Shown here: piece after piece, positions 19,139-29,734 of the stretch | Layout of the letters: each line of letters begins with the position of its first letter | Numbering within the stretch: the stretch's first letter is position 1 | NCBI GenBank assembly: GCA_045863335.1 | Contig: BTVY01000024.1 | Coordinates: forward strand, 32,001 to 96,000 | Direction: 5' to 3' | Length of the DNA stretch: 64,000 nucleotides | Source of the DNA: Candidatus Hydrogenedentota bacterium | GTDB taxonomy: Bacteria; Hydrogenedentota; Hydrogenedentia; Hydrogenedentales; SLHB01 | Made by a program: the position numbers and the translations under genes | Notes under the pieces: model-generated | What the model was told of the DNA's origin: nothing | The model's input: only the letters and a program-made list of their open reading frames with translations | Databases searched by the model: none

Positions 19139-20659
19139 ATGAGCACGCCTGAAGTAGACGCGCAGCGCACACCGGAAACGGCGGAAGAAAAGCAGTATAC
19201 CGGCACGCGTGTCGAACAGAGCAATCGTGAAATCGCCGAACTCGCCAATCAGAGCTACAAGTTCGGATGGACGACCAATATCGAGTCGGAAACCATCGCG
19301 AAGGGCTTGAACGAGGACGTGATTCGCGTCATTTCGGCGAAAAAAGAAGAGCCGGAGTGGCTCCTGGAATGGCGCTTGAAGGCGTACCGGCACTGGCTGA
19401 CCATGACCGAGCCGAACTGGGCGAACGTCACCTATCCGCCGATCGATTATCAGGACCACTATTACTATTCGGCGCCGAAGCGCGACAAGAAGCCCTTGAG
19501 CAGCCTTGACGAGGTAGACAAGGAACTCCTCGAAACCTTCGAGAAACTCGGCATCCCGCTGGACGAACAGAAGCGGCTGGCCGGCGTTGCGGTCGATGCC
19601 GTGTTCGACAGCGTATCCGTAGCCACGACGCACAAGGAGATTCTCGCGAAGAAGGGAATCATCTTCTGCTCGTTCTCCGAGGCAGTGAAGGACCACCCGG
19701 ACCTGGTCAAGCAGTATCTCGGATCCGTGGTTCCGGCGAACGATAATTTCTTCGCGGCGTTGAACTCGGCCGTGTTTTCGGACGGGTCCTTCTGTTTCAT
19801 CCCGAAGGGTGTGCGATGCCCGATGGACCTGTCGACCTATTTCCGCATCAACGCGGCGGGCACGGGCCAGTTCGAGCGGACGCTTATCGTCGCCGAGGAA
19901 GGCGCGTACGTGAACTACCTCGAAGGCTGCACGGCGCCCATGCGCGATGAGAACCAGTTGCACGCGGCGGTGGTGGAACTCGTGGCCCTCGACGATGCGA
20001 CGATCAACTATTCAACCGTGCAGAACTGGTACTCGGGCGACAAGGAAGGCAAAGGCGGCATCTACAACTTTGTCACCAAGCGCGGCAAATGCCTGGGCCG
20101 GAACTCGCGCATTTCGTGGACGCAGGTGGAAACCGGGTCCGCGATTACCTGGAAGTATCCAAGCTGCTTGCTCATGGGCGACAACTCGGTCGGCGAGTTT
20201 TACTCGGTCGCGGTGAGCAACAACCGGCAGCAGGCCGACACGGGCACGAAGATGGTGCACATGGGCAAGAACACCAAGAGCACCATCATCTCGAAGACCA
20301 TCTCCGCAGGCGAGGGCAACAACAGCTATCGCGGGCAGGTGCTGGTCATGCCGAAGGCGTCGGACGCGCGGAACTACACGCAGTGTGATTCGCTGCTCAT
20401 CGGCGACAAGTGCGGGGCGCACACGTTCCCCTATATCGAAGTGCGGAACAACACCTCCGACGTGGAGCACGAAGCGTCCACGTCAAAGATCAGCGAAGCG
20501 CAGTTGTTCTATTGCAAACAGCGCGGCATCGGAACGGAAGACGCCATCTCGATGGTCATCAACGGATTCTGCAAAGAAGTATTCGATCATCTGCCCATGG
20601 AATTCGCCGTGGAGGCGACGAAGTTGCTGGGCGTGAGCCTGGAAGGGAGTGTTGGATAA
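19139..20659 (+). CDS. sufB: Fe-S cluster assembly scaffold SufB
   Basis: [56 protein letters not shown]. Confidence 0.98.
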   Translation: MSTPEVDAQRTPETAEEKQYTGTRVEQSNREIAELANQSYKFGWTTNIESETIAKGLNEDVIRVISAKKEEPEWLLEWRLKAYRHWLTMTEPNWANVTYPPIDYQDHYYYSAPKRDKKPLSSLDEVDKELLETFEKLGIPLDEQKRLAGVAVDAVFDSVSVATTHKEILAKKGIIFCSFSEAVKDHPDLVKQYLGSVVPANDNFFAALNSAVFSDGSFCFIPKGVRCPMDLSTYFRINAAGTGQFERTLIVAEEGAYVNYLEGCTAPMRDENQLHAAVVELVALDDATINYSTVQNWYSGDKEGKGGIYNFVTKRGKCLGRNSRISWTQVETGSAITWKYPSCLLMGDNSVGEFYSVAVSNNRQQADTGTKMVHMGKNTKSTIISKTISAGEGNNSYRGQVLVMPKASDARNYTQCDSLLIGDKCGAHTFPYIEVRNNTSDVEHEASTSKISEAQLFYCKQRGIGTEDAISMVINGFCKEVFDHLPMEFAVEATKLLGVSLEGSVG

Positions 20660-21415
20660 ATGCTGGAGATTACGAATCTGCACGCGAACGTGGAAGGCGT
20701 GGAGATCCTGAAGGGCGTGAGCCTGAAGATCAACGACGGCGAAGTGCACGCGATCATGGGCCCGAACGGGTCGGGCAAAAGCACGCTGGCCCAGATCCTC
20801 GCGGGCAACGAAGAATATGAAGTCACCGAGGGCGAGGTTACCTTCCTCGGCCAGGATCTCCTGGAGATGCCCGCGGAAGAACGGGCGCGCCTGGGCGTGT
20901 TCATGGCGTTTCAGTATCCGGTGGAGATTCCCGGGATTTCGAACGCCTATTTCCTGCAGGCGGGACTGAACGAGATCCGGAAGAGCCATGGCCTGGAAGA
21001 GTTGGACACGCTCGACTTTCAGGAACTCCTGAAAGAGAAGATGGAGATGGTGGCTATCGATCCCAAGTTCGCGGACCGGCCCGTCAACGAAGGCTTCTCC
21101 GGCGGCGAGAAGAAGCGGAACGAGATCCTGCAGATGGCGGTGCTCGAACCGAAGCTGGCGATTCTGGACGAAACGGATTCGGGACTCGACATCGACGCGT
21201 TGCGCATCGTGGCCGACGGCGTGAATAAGTTGCGGGGCCCGAAGCGCTCCATGATTGTGGTTACGCACTACCAGCGTCTGCTCAACTACATCGTGCCCGA
21301 TTTTGTGCACGTGTTGTACGGCGGGCGCATCGTAAAATCCGGCGGGAAGGAACTGGCCCTGGAACTCGAAGAAAAGGGCTACGATTGGGTGAAATCGGAA
21401 TTTGCCGCGGTCTAG
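20660..21415 (+). CDS. sufC: Fe-S assembly ATPase SufC
   Basis: [41 protein letters not shown]. Confidence 0.98.
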   Translation: MLEITNLHANVEGVEILKGVSLKINDGEVHAIMGPNGSGKSTLAQILAGNEEYEVTEGEVTFLGQDLLEMPAEERARLGVFMAFQYPVEIPGISNAYFLQAGLNEIRKSHGLEELDTLDFQELLKEKMEMVAIDPKFADRPVNEGFSGGEKKRNEILQMAVLEPKLAILDETDSGLDIDALRIVADGVNKLRGPKRSMIVVTHYQRLLNYIVPDFVHVLYGGRIVKSGGKELALELEEKGYDWVKSEFAAV

Positions 21416-21449
21416 GGACTGCGTTGATTCGGGAGTATAACGGCGCATC

Positions 21450-22772
21450 ATGGCTGAGATAGCGGAACGCGTGGAAAACAAAACGCACTACCTGGCTGAT
21501 CTGGAGCGGCTACAGCCCGTACCCCAGGACTGGGTGAACGAACTGCGGCGCAAGGCGGTGGACGAGTTCACGGAGACCGAGTTTCCGACTCGGAAAATGG
21601 AGCCGTGGCGTTTCACCAACGTCGCGCCCATCGTTCGGACGGCCTTCCGCTCGCCGGTCGAAGCGGGTTCGCATGGACTTTCCGCGGCGGATGTGGCTCC
21701 GCTTCGGTACGGCGAGGCCGATTGGACGGAATTGGTATTCGTCGACGGTTTCTATGCGCCGGAATTGTCGAGTCCTACGGAAGGTGTTCGGGCCGGCAGT
21801 CTGTCCGAGGCGTTCACGAGTGACGCGGGCCTGGTGCAAAAGCATTTGAATCGATACCTGAACGGATCGGGCAACGCATTTACCGCGTTGAACACGGCGT
21901 TCCTGTTGGATGGCGCGTACATCCACGTTGCGAAAGAGCAGGTCCTTCCCTCCCCCATTCACATTTTGCACATTTCCACGGGGGGCGAGGGCGATACGGC
22001 AAGCTACCCGCGCAACCTCATCGTGGCGGATCGTCATGCGGAAGCGACGTTTGTCGAGAGTCACGTGAGCCTGGCGGGTGACAAGACGTACTTCAAGAAT
22101 ACCGTCACCGAAATCAGCGTCGGCGAAGGCGCGAGAGTGCATTGGTACAAACTGTTGCACGAAGGGCCGAACGGGTATCACCTGTCCTCGACGCGGGTGC
22201 ATCAGGAACGGGACAGCGCCTTCAAGTCGTTTTCGATTTTCCAGGGCGCGAAGATTGCCCGGAACGATTTGAGCGTGGTGCTGGATGGCGAAGGCGCGGA
22301 TGCGTCGCTGAATGGCCTCTACATGACCGACGGCGATCAGCTCGTGGATAACGCGACGTCGGTGGATCACGCGAAGCCCCATTGCACGAGTTGGATCGGC
22401 TACAAGGGCGTGTTGCAGGAGAAGAGCCACGGCGTGTTCAGCGGCAAGGTGATGGTTCGCCGGGACGCGCAGAAGACGGATTCGAACCAGTTGAACCAGA
22501 ACATGGTGTTGTCCGACAAGGCCACCATTGACACGAAACCGCTCCTGGAGATTTTCGCGGACGACGTGAAGTGCACGCACGGCGCGACCGTGGGCCGTCC
22601 GCCCAAGGAGTTGGTGTTCTATTTCCAGACACGAGGCATGAGCGAAGCCATGGCGTTGGGCATGCTGACCTATGGTTTTGCGGACGAAGTGGTTAACCAG
22701 ATCGAAGTGGACGCGGTGCGTGCACGGCTCGAGAAATTCGTTTACAATAAGTACAGTCCGATCCCTGGCTGA
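21450..22772 (+). CDS. sufD: Fe-S assembly protein SufD
   Basis: FPTRKMEPWRFT, DAQKTDSNQ, KPLLEIFADDVKCTHGATVG. Confidence 0.97.
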   Translation: MAEIAERVENKTHYLADLERLQPVPQDWVNELRRKAVDEFTETEFPTRKMEPWRFTNVAPIVRTAFRSPVEAGSHGLSAADVAPLRYGEADWTELVFVDGFYAPELSSPTEGVRAGSLSEAFTSDAGLVQKHLNRYLNGSGNAFTALNTAFLLDGAYIHVAKEQVLPSPIHILHISTGGEGDTASYPRNLIVADRHAEATFVESHVSLAGDKTYFKNTVTEISVGEGARVHWYKLLHEGPNGYHLSSTRVHQERDSAFKSFSIFQGAKIARNDLSVVLDGEGADASLNGLYMTDGDQLVDNATSVDHAKPHCTSWIGYKGVLQEKSHGVFSGKVMVRRDAQKTDSNQLNQNMVLSDKATIDTKPLLEIFADDVKCTHGATVGRPPKELVFYFQTRGMSEAMALGMLTYGFADEVVNQIEVDAVRARLEKFVYNKYSPIPG

Positions 22773-22804
22773 CCGCAGTTTGACGAGGTATCTTGGCTAC
22801 CAGC

Positions 22805-24079
22805 ATGGCTACAGCGGGCCAACAGACGCAGTCCGCAGTCGATAAAACGGCTCCACTTACCGCGCTCGACGTCGAGCGGATAAGGCGGGAGTTCCCTGCC
22901 CTACACGTGGAACGCGATGGCGTTACGCAGGTGTATCTGGACAACGCGGCGACGAGCCAGAAGCCGAAGTCCGTCATCGAGCGCATCGACCGGTACTACC
23001 GGAGCGAGAACGCGAACGTCCACCGCGGCATGCACTACCTGAGCGAAGTCGCGACCCAGGCCTACGAGGAATCCCGCAAGAAGGTGCAGCGGTTCCTCGG
23101 TGTGCCCTTGAGCTGCGAGGTCATCTTCACGCGCGGGACCACCGAAAGCATCAATCTCGTGGCCCAGACCTACGGGCGCCAGAACGTGGGCAAGGATGAC
23201 GAGGTCATCATCAGCGCCATGGAGCACCATTCCAATATCGTGCCCTGGCAGATGCTGTGCGAAGAAAAAGGCGCGAAATTGCGCGTCATTCCGATGACCG
23301 ATCGGGGCGAGTTGATCCTGGAGGAGTACGAGAAGCTCCTGTCCAGCCGCACCAAGCTGGTTTCCGTAAACCATGTGTCCAACGCGCTTGGCACGATCAA
23401 CCCGGTGCGCCACATTATCGAGAAGGCGCACGAGCATGGCGTACCGGTATTGGTGGACGGCGCACAGGGGGCTGCACATCTCCCCATCGACGTGAAAGAA
23501 CTGGACTGCGATTTCTATGCCTGCTCGGCCCACAAGATGGTTGGACCGACGGGAATCGGCGTGCTGTACGGCAAGGCCGAACTGCTGAACAAGATGCCCC
23601 CCTTCATGGGCGGCGGCGACATGATCCTTTCGGTGACGTTCGAGAAGACCACGTACAGCAGCCTGCCGTACAAGTTCGAGGCGGGAACCCCGAACATCGC
23701 GGGGACCATTGGCCTGGGCGCGGCGGTGGACTACCTGGAATCGATTGGCATGGAGCGAATCGCGGCGTACGAGCATGAACTGACGCAATACGCGACGTCG
23801 CTGCTCGAATCGATTGACGGCGTTCATCTGGTTGGCACCGCGCGCGAAAAGGCGGGCGTGCTGTCGTTCACCATGGAAAACGCCCACCCCCACGACATCG
23901 GCCAGATCTTCAGCGACTGTGGCGTGGCCATTCGCGCGGGTCATCACTGCGCCCAGCCGGTCATGCAACGTTTTGGCATTCCGGCCACCGCGCGGGCGTC
24001 GCTGGCTTTCTACAATAACAAGGAAGACCTGGACGCGATGGCGGACGCAATCAAGAAGGTCAAAGAGGTTTTTGACTGA
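22805..24079 (+). CDS. sufS: Cysteine desulfurase SufS
   Basis: YLDNAATSQKP, EHHSNIVPWQ, SAHKMVGPTGIG, RAGHHCAQP. Start is ATG 22805 or TTG 22793. Confidence 0.97.
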   Translation: MATAGQQTQSAVDKTAPLTALDVERIRREFPALHVERDGVTQVYLDNAATSQKPKSVIERIDRYYRSENANVHRGMHYLSEVATQAYEESRKKVQRFLGVPLSCEVIFTRGTTESINLVAQTYGRQNVGKDDEVIISAMEHHSNIVPWQMLCEEKGAKLRVIPMTDRGELILEEYEKLLSSRTKLVSVNHVSNALGTINPVRHIIEKAHEHGVPVLVDGAQGAAHLPIDVKELDCDFYACSAHKMVGPTGIGVLYGKAELLNKMPPFMGGGDMILSVTFEKTTYSSLPYKFEAGTPNIAGTIGLGAAVDYLESIGMERIAAYEHELTQYATSLLESIDGVHLVGTAREKAGVLSFTMENAHPHDIGQIFSDCGVAIRAGHHCAQPVMQRFGIPATARASLAFYNNKEDLDAMADAIKKVKEVFD

Positions 24080-24531
24080 TGTCCAGCAATCGCGCGTTGT
24101 ACGAGCAGGTCATCCTGGAGCACAACAAGAAACCCCGGAACTTCCACGAAATGGAAGATGCTGATCGCAAGGTGGAGGGTTATAACCCCTTGTGTGGTGA
24201 TCACTTCACCGTCTATGTGAAACTAAATGGCGACGTGATCGAGGATGTAAGCTTCAGCGGGGCGGGCTGCGCGATCTCCAAGTCGTCGGCCTCGGTCATG
24301 ACGATGCTGCTCAAGGGTAAAACGAAGAAGGAAGCTGAGGGGCTGTTCCTGAAGTTTCACACCATGGTCACGTCAAGCCCCGACTCCCCGGTGGATGAAG
24401 ACGATCTCGGCAAACTGCGCGTCTTCGCGGGGGTGCGCGAGTTTCCGGTTCGGATCAAGTGCGCGACATTGGCCTGGCACTCCATGTTGTCTGCCCTGGA
24501 CGGAAAAGACGAATCCGTCACGACCGAGTGA
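24079..24531 (+). CDS. sufU: SUF system sulfur-transfer protein SufU
   Basis: NPLCGD, GCAISKSSAS, FPVRIKCATLAWH. Confidence 0.96.
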   Translation: MSSNRALYEQVILEHNKKPRNFHEMEDADRKVEGYNPLCGDHFTVYVKLNGDVIEDVSFSGAGCAISKSSASVMTMLLKGKTKKEAEGLFLKFHTMVTSSPDSPVDEDDLGKLRVFAGVREFPVRIKCATLAWHSMLSALDGKDESVTTE

Positions 24532-24702
24532 TGCCCTTCCATTGAATCCCGCTCCGGCGAGGTGCTAGTCTGATTGGGTATACTTATTGTGGCGGTTTGC
24601 ATTTGAAATGCCTCTTTTGCCCGCTCGGTTGATGATGGCGAGAGGCCCGCTTCGAGGTCAGCAGGCGCGGAAGTTGAGACGCGCCAGAGGAATAGGGACG
24701 AG

Positions 24703-25767
24703 ATGAGCAACACACTGGCTGTACAGGAAGCCCCTAGCCGGGATGAAACCCTGGAACGCATGCGCGCGAAGCTTACGGGCATCGTGCCGGATGTGGAACT
24801 CCAACTGAAGGCGGACCTCGCCTATCGCATCAACGTGCTGAAGCGGGAGCTGAACGCCGTGATTCTGGGCCACAACTACATGGAACCGGCCCTGTTTCAT
24901 TCCGTGCCGGATTATGTGGGTGATTCCCTTGAACTGTCGCGGATTTCGGCGGAAACCGAAGCGGACATCATCGTGTTCTGCGGCGTGCAGTTCATGGCGG
25001 AAACCGCCAAGATCCTGAACCCGGAAAAGACCGTGCTAATCCCTTCCGCGAAGGCAGGCTGCTCCCTGGCCGCGGGCGTGACGGCGGATGACGTGCGCGC
25101 GCTCAAACGCTTGTACCCCGGTGTGCCGGTCGTCAGCTACGTGAACACGTATGCCGACGTCAAGGCGGAATCGGATTACTGCTGCACGTCCGGAAACGCA
25201 GGCAACGTGGTTCGCCATATCCTCGGCAAGGGCCACGATTACGTGATCTTCCTGCCGGACCAGTATCTCGCGCACAATACGGCGAAGGAAGTCGGCATCC
25301 CCTTCGTAACCGCGAATCGGGAAGAGGCGTTGCCCCTTCCGGACCGAGCGGTGATTGGTTGGAGTGCCCGCTGCGAAGTCCACGAACTCTTCACGACGAA
25401 CGACGTGACCACGGTGCGGCAGCAGTTCCCGGATGTGGCCATTGTCGCCCATCCGGAAGTCAGCCCGGAAGTGCTCGAGTTGTGCGACGCGGCCGGCAGC
25501 ACGAAACAGATGATCGAATACGTGCGCAAGACCGAAGCCGACCGCTATCTTCTGCTCACCGAATGCAGCATGGGCGACAACATCGCCGCGGAGAATCCGG
25601 AGAAGGAAATGCTCCGTCTCTGCAGCCACCGCTGCCCCCACATGGGCCAGATCACGCTGGAAGACACGCTGGCCGCGCTGGAAAAGATCCAGTACAAGGT
25701 CGAGCTGTCCGACGATCTCATCCGCGACGCGCGGTTGCCCATCGACCGCATGCTGGAGATTCGGTAA
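24703..25767 (+). CDS. nadA: Quinolinate synthase
   Basis: ILGHNY, GDSLELS, FCGVQFMAETAKILNP, GCSLA, YVNT, CEVH, HPE, CPHM. Confidence 0.96.
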   Translation: MSNTLAVQEAPSRDETLERMRAKLTGIVPDVELQLKADLAYRINVLKRELNAVILGHNYMEPALFHSVPDYVGDSLELSRISAETEADIIVFCGVQFMAETAKILNPEKTVLIPSAKAGCSLAAGVTADDVRALKRLYPGVPVVSYVNTYADVKAESDYCCTSGNAGNVVRHILGKGHDYVIFLPDQYLAHNTAKEVGIPFVTANREEALPLPDRAVIGWSARCEVHELFTTNDVTTVRQQFPDVAIVAHPEVSPEVLELCDAAGSTKQMIEYVRKTEADRYLLLTECSMGDNIAAENPEKEMLRLCSHRCPHMGQITLEDTLAALEKIQYKVELSDDLIRDARLPIDRMLEIR

Positions 25768-25771
25768 TCCC

Positions 25772-26539
25772 AGGAGGGCGGATTTTCCAGCCAGCCTCTG
25801 GAGTTTCTACATTTGCCGCGTGGTGGCCCGCCCCGAAGGGGCAAGAACATGAAAGCCCAGGGCAGAGCGAAGCGGCGCCCTGGGACGAATTGTATTGTTT
25901 AAGCCGGAGCCCTGAAAGGGCGAAACAATGGTCCTGCCAGCATCTCCTGCGGCCCGTGTTTCGCCCTTTCAGGGCTTTCGTTATTTCATGTCCTCCTGAT
26001 CCCAGGGCGTCGCTTCGCTTTGCCTGGGTCCCTAACCGCAAACATCGTGAAGAACTTTCGCATTTGGCTGGCGACGACTCCGTAACTTGTTCGACCATCC
26101 AATGATAGGTGTCGACAGAGAGACTCATTCTTCCGCCCCCGTTCGGGGGCTGTGCGGTGGTGGTGGACATCTGACCCGGGGTTCCGCTCGTGCCTCGCTC
26201 CACCCCGGGCTACATTCGAGTCGCCCCATCCGGGGCTGGCGTGGGTAGATATCGTTGTATGAGGAGTTATGGTCTTGGCCCGGCTTGACGTGTTTTGGTC
26301 ATTCGGATTTTGGTCATTAGAATCTGTTTCGGATTTCGTACTTCGGATTTCGGATTTGGTTGCGGCTATGCCGCGATGGGCTTTCCTGTCTCGGCCCTTC
26401 GGGCGAAAACGCAGCTACGAAGTTCACGGGTGAATTCTGCGACGTACCTAACCAGTAGGGACCACCCACAAAAACCATATCGCAGTGAATCGCTCATTGG
26501 CAGTTATTGGCCGCGGCGGGTTGGAAAACCCGCCCTCCT
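25772..26539. repeat. Nested cluster of several REP/MITE-like palindromic elements between convergent genes
   Basis: Outer inverted pair 25772-25796 / 26515-26539; inner long palindrome about 25830-26028; repeat copy 26173-26240; TTCGGAT/TTGGTCA heptamers 26293-26358. Confidence 0.85.
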
Positions 26540-26554
26540 TAACAGCACAGAGAT

Positions 26555-29500
26555 CTATCGTGTCGGGCTGCCGGATTCTCCGGCGAGGGTTTCGAGATCG
26601 AGGCCGGGATCGATGGCGATGCCCGGTTGCAGTTGGATTTCCCGTTCGACGCGGTAACTTGCCTGTTCCCGCACTCCCCATGAAATGCTGAGCGTCGCAG
26701 ATCCGGCCGGCAGGTTGGGGATGTCGACGCGTTGGTGCGAGTTCGTCCCATTTTCTGAAATGAAAAAATACCGTTGCTTACCATACGCGCGAGGGATCTC
26801 CAGGTCGACGTTGAAGAAGTCCGCGTATCCGACAATCGCACCGGATACAGACGCAGTGCCCGTCTCGAACGGGATGTCAATATGGAGGCTCTCCCCTTCC
26901 CTTAACTCCAGATCGGTTGCGACGCTAATCAGGAGCGGCAATGCTTGCCCCGACGGCGATCCCGAGACTGAGTAGACTCCGGGTGCAAGCCCGCGGAACC
27001 GGCATACACCATCCTGCCCTGTCACTTGATGGTTTCGTTGCGCTTGTTTTTCCTCCCCATCGCGAGTTAAAGAAACCGATGCACCGGTGGCGGGAACGCC
27101 ATCCACGAGGAATGCGCATTCGAGTTGGACCGAATCCGCGATTCGAATACCCATGGGTTGTCCGGCACGATGCGCGGGATCAACGGTTACTTCGGTTTCG
27201 GGATAGTCAGGGTGGTACACGATCAGCGTGTCGCCGAGTAATTTGCTTGCGGGAAGGATGAAGCTGCCGTCGGAACCGGTGCGGGCGGATGCAAAATCGT
27301 CCGCATCCGAGACCTGGACCTTGCCGGAGAAGATCAACGCGCCGCTGACCCGCGCCCCTTCACTGTCTACCACGCTTCCTTTGAGATCCCCCTGCGGCTC
27401 GAGCCGGATCTCGATTCCCGTAAGCGGCTCCTGTCCGAGCGCGAGCTGCACGTCGGTAAACCCCAGCAGGTATCCTTTGGCACGGGCGGCGATGCGCACC
27501 TCGCCCGTCTGTACGACGGACAGATCGAAGGCGCCATCGGGGTTGCGCACGGGCTCGTACCGCTGGTCGTGAATGATGAGCCCGGGATCGTAACAGTCTT
27601 TAATCTCAAAGTTGGCAATGGGCGCGTCGGACTTTGCATCGACGACCCGGCCCGAAACTGAAATCGGGTCATGAAGAACGAGCCGGACGGTGCTTTCGCC
27701 GGTCTTGGCCTCGACGGCTTCGCCGAAGATGTGCCGGCCCCAGTCAAAGGCGGTGAGCCGGTGCGTGCCGGCAGGCAGTCCCTCCAGAACGAACATGCCC
27801 GCTCCGTTCGCGCGGGTACGCGCATCGGAACCGTCGGGGCTCGAGCTACGGACTTCGGCGGTCAAAGGGTTCCCCCGGTCGTCGACGACGACGCCCGCGA
27901 TGTACCCGGTACCGACGCTGCATTCGAGAATGACATCTTCCACCAACTCGCCCGCCGTTAGTGTGAATTGCGGACAGGGACTGTTGACGATCTCTACGTC
28001 ACGGCATACGCGCAGGCTGGACGTGCCTGGCGGCATGCCTTTCAGTTCGAACGCTCCGTTCGCGTCGCTGACCGCCTCGATCTCCCGGCCTGAAACGTGG
28101 GAGGCGAATTGGGGCAGGACACGAAGCCCTTCAACCGGGGCGCCAGCAAGATCCACAACGACGCCGCGGATGATGGCTTCGGGCCAGAGCGTAATCTCGG
28201 GTGCCGTGTCCGCCGGCTGCGGCAAGGCGAAGGGACCGTATGACTCGCTCACGGCGTCGTCAATCTCAGCCCACAGGTTTAGACTCACCGTCTCAGGGAA
28301 ACCCGACACCATGAAGCTGCCGTCGGCGGCGGTCATCGCGGTGTTGGTGAGCCAGAAGTTGTTGATCTCGGTGTGACCAGTCACCGTCGCTCCCGCGACA
28401 GGCGAACCGTCCGGATCGACGACGCGGCCGGTGATTGCGAGACCTCTTTCGAGCGCGAAATCGATTCCGTCATAGTGCCGCCCCGGGGTCAGATTCAGGG
28501 TCCGGAGGTAAGGAGATGGCAAGCCCTCGTGGCGTTCACGGGCGAGGTAGTATCCGTTGGCGTTGCGACAAAGCATGGAGAACTCGCCGGCTTCGACCGA
28601 TTCGAAGACGTACCTCCCTTGCGGATCCGACATGGCTTTGTATCTTTGCTCGCCGACGCGGCTCGATATCTCCGCGCTGGGGACCGGGTCGCCGGTTGCC
28701 TTGTCGTAGACTCGTCCGGACACGGTCGCGGTTGTACCACTGCTTGGAGTCGCAAGGGCGGCACTAACCGCCTCGACAAGTTCTTGTGGCGAACGGCCGG
28801 TTCTTTGGTCTTCGAATTCCGTTGACTCGTTTGCGGCGAGTACTTCCACGTTTGGAACCGCGCCAGCGGTGGGCCGTGGGGTTGAATACAGTTTGGAGAA
28901 TGCGATCACGCCCGCCACAACGGCAAGTAGCGACACCAAACCGACCGCTGCCTTCGGGAACGTGCTGACTCCGGCGACCACGCCCGCCTTTCCCACCACC
29001 GGCCCGGAGAGGGCGATGCGGCCCAGCTTTTCGGTGAGCGACACGGGGAGCACGGCGGCCTCTGCGAGGCGGGTTCCGAGGGTTCCGGCGAGAACCGAAA
29101 CTGTGGACACGGCGACGCCCTTGCGCTGGAGTTTCGTGCGCATCTGGCCGAGGGCGCGGTTGATGCGTTGTGTGATCGCGGCGCGCGAGACGGATTCGCG
29201 TTGCGCGATTTGCTCGTGGGTGAGGCCTTCAAGGAAGTGGGCCACGACGGCGCGACGGAGCTTGTCGGGGAGTTGGTCGATGGCGTCATCGACCAAGGGA
29301 TAGATGTCGTCCCACGACAGTTCGGCCGCCGATGGCAGGGCGTCTTGATATGCGGTTTCCCGCCGTTTGCGGGCGGCGTCGCTGCGCACCCGGTCCAGGG
29401 CGCGATTGACGGCCATACGGTGGAGCCAGGGCCCGAGATACCCGCGCGGCGCTTTGCTTGTCCGGGCGAGTTTCTCGAAGCAGTCCTGCGCGACGTCCTC

Positions 29501-29632
29501 CGCATCGGCGGGGTTTCCCAGGATGCGGAGTGCCGTCGCGTACACCATGCGGCCATACCGTTGGATGATCGTTCGGAAGGCTTCGGCGTCGCCGCGCCGG
29601 TGCCATCGAATCATGAGAGCTTCGTCGTGCAT
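26555..29632 (-). CDS. ECF sigma factor fused to a TM helix and multiple carboxypeptidase-regulatory-like beta domains
   Basis: Sigma2 (DAEAFRTII, DAEDVAQDCF, WLHRMAVNRALD) and sigma4 (AIDQLPDKLR, EGLTHEQIA), then a TM and repeated I.GRVVD..G.PV.GA.V units. Confidence 0.92.
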   Translation of the reverse strand: MHDEALMIRWHRRGDAEAFRTIIQRYGRMVYATALRILGNPADAEDVAQDCFEKLARTSKAPRGYLGPWLHRMAVNRALDRVRSDAARKRRETAYQDALPSAAELSWDDIYPLVDDAIDQLPDKLRRAVVAHFLEGLTHEQIAQRESVSRAAITQRINRALGQMRTKLQRKGVAVSTVSVLAGTLGTRLAEAAVLPVSLTEKLGRIALSGPVVGKAGVVAGVSTFPKAAVGLVSLLAVVAGVIAFSKLYSTPRPTAGAVPNVEVLAANESTEFEDQRTGRSPQELVEAVSAALATPSSGTTATVSGRVYDKATGDPVPSAEISSRVGEQRYKAMSDPQGRYVFESVEAGEFSMLCRNANGYYLARERHEGLPSPYLRTLNLTPGRHYDGIDFALERGLAITGRVVDPDGSPVAGATVTGHTEINNFWLTNTAMTAADGSFMVSGFPETVSLNLWAEIDDAVSESYGPFALPQPADTAPEITLWPEAIIRGVVVDLAGAPVEGLRVLPQFASHVSGREIEAVSDANGAFELKGMPPGTSSLRVCRDVEIVNSPCPQFTLTAGELVEDVILECSVGTGYIAGVVVDDRGNPLTAEVRSSSPDGSDARTRANGAGMFVLEGLPAGTHRLTAFDWGRHIFGEAVEAKTGESTVRLVLHDPISVSGRVVDAKSDAPIANFEIKDCYDPGLIIHDQRYEPVRNPDGAFDLSVVQTGEVRIAARAKGYLLGFTDVQLALGQEPLTGIEIRLEPQGDLKGSVVDSEGARVSGALIFSGKVQVSDADDFASARTGSDGSFILPASKLLGDTLIVYHPDYPETEVTVDPAHRAGQPMGIRIADSVQLECAFLVDGVPATGASVSLTRDGEEKQAQRNHQVTGQDGVCRFRGLAPGVYSVSGSPSGQALPLLISVATDLELREGESLHIDIPFETGTASVSGAIVGYADFFNVDLEIPRAYGKQRYFFISENGTNSHQRVDIPNLPAGSATLSISWGVREQASYRVEREIQLQPGIAIDPGLDLETLAGESGSPTR

Positions 29633-29734
29633 GGTCGCGCCTTTCCGGTATCAGCTTACCCTATCGCGGGGTGTTGTGTGACTTCGTAGCTATAACGTTT
29701 CCGGTAGGCGGATGGTAAGAAAGCGTTTTGAGGG

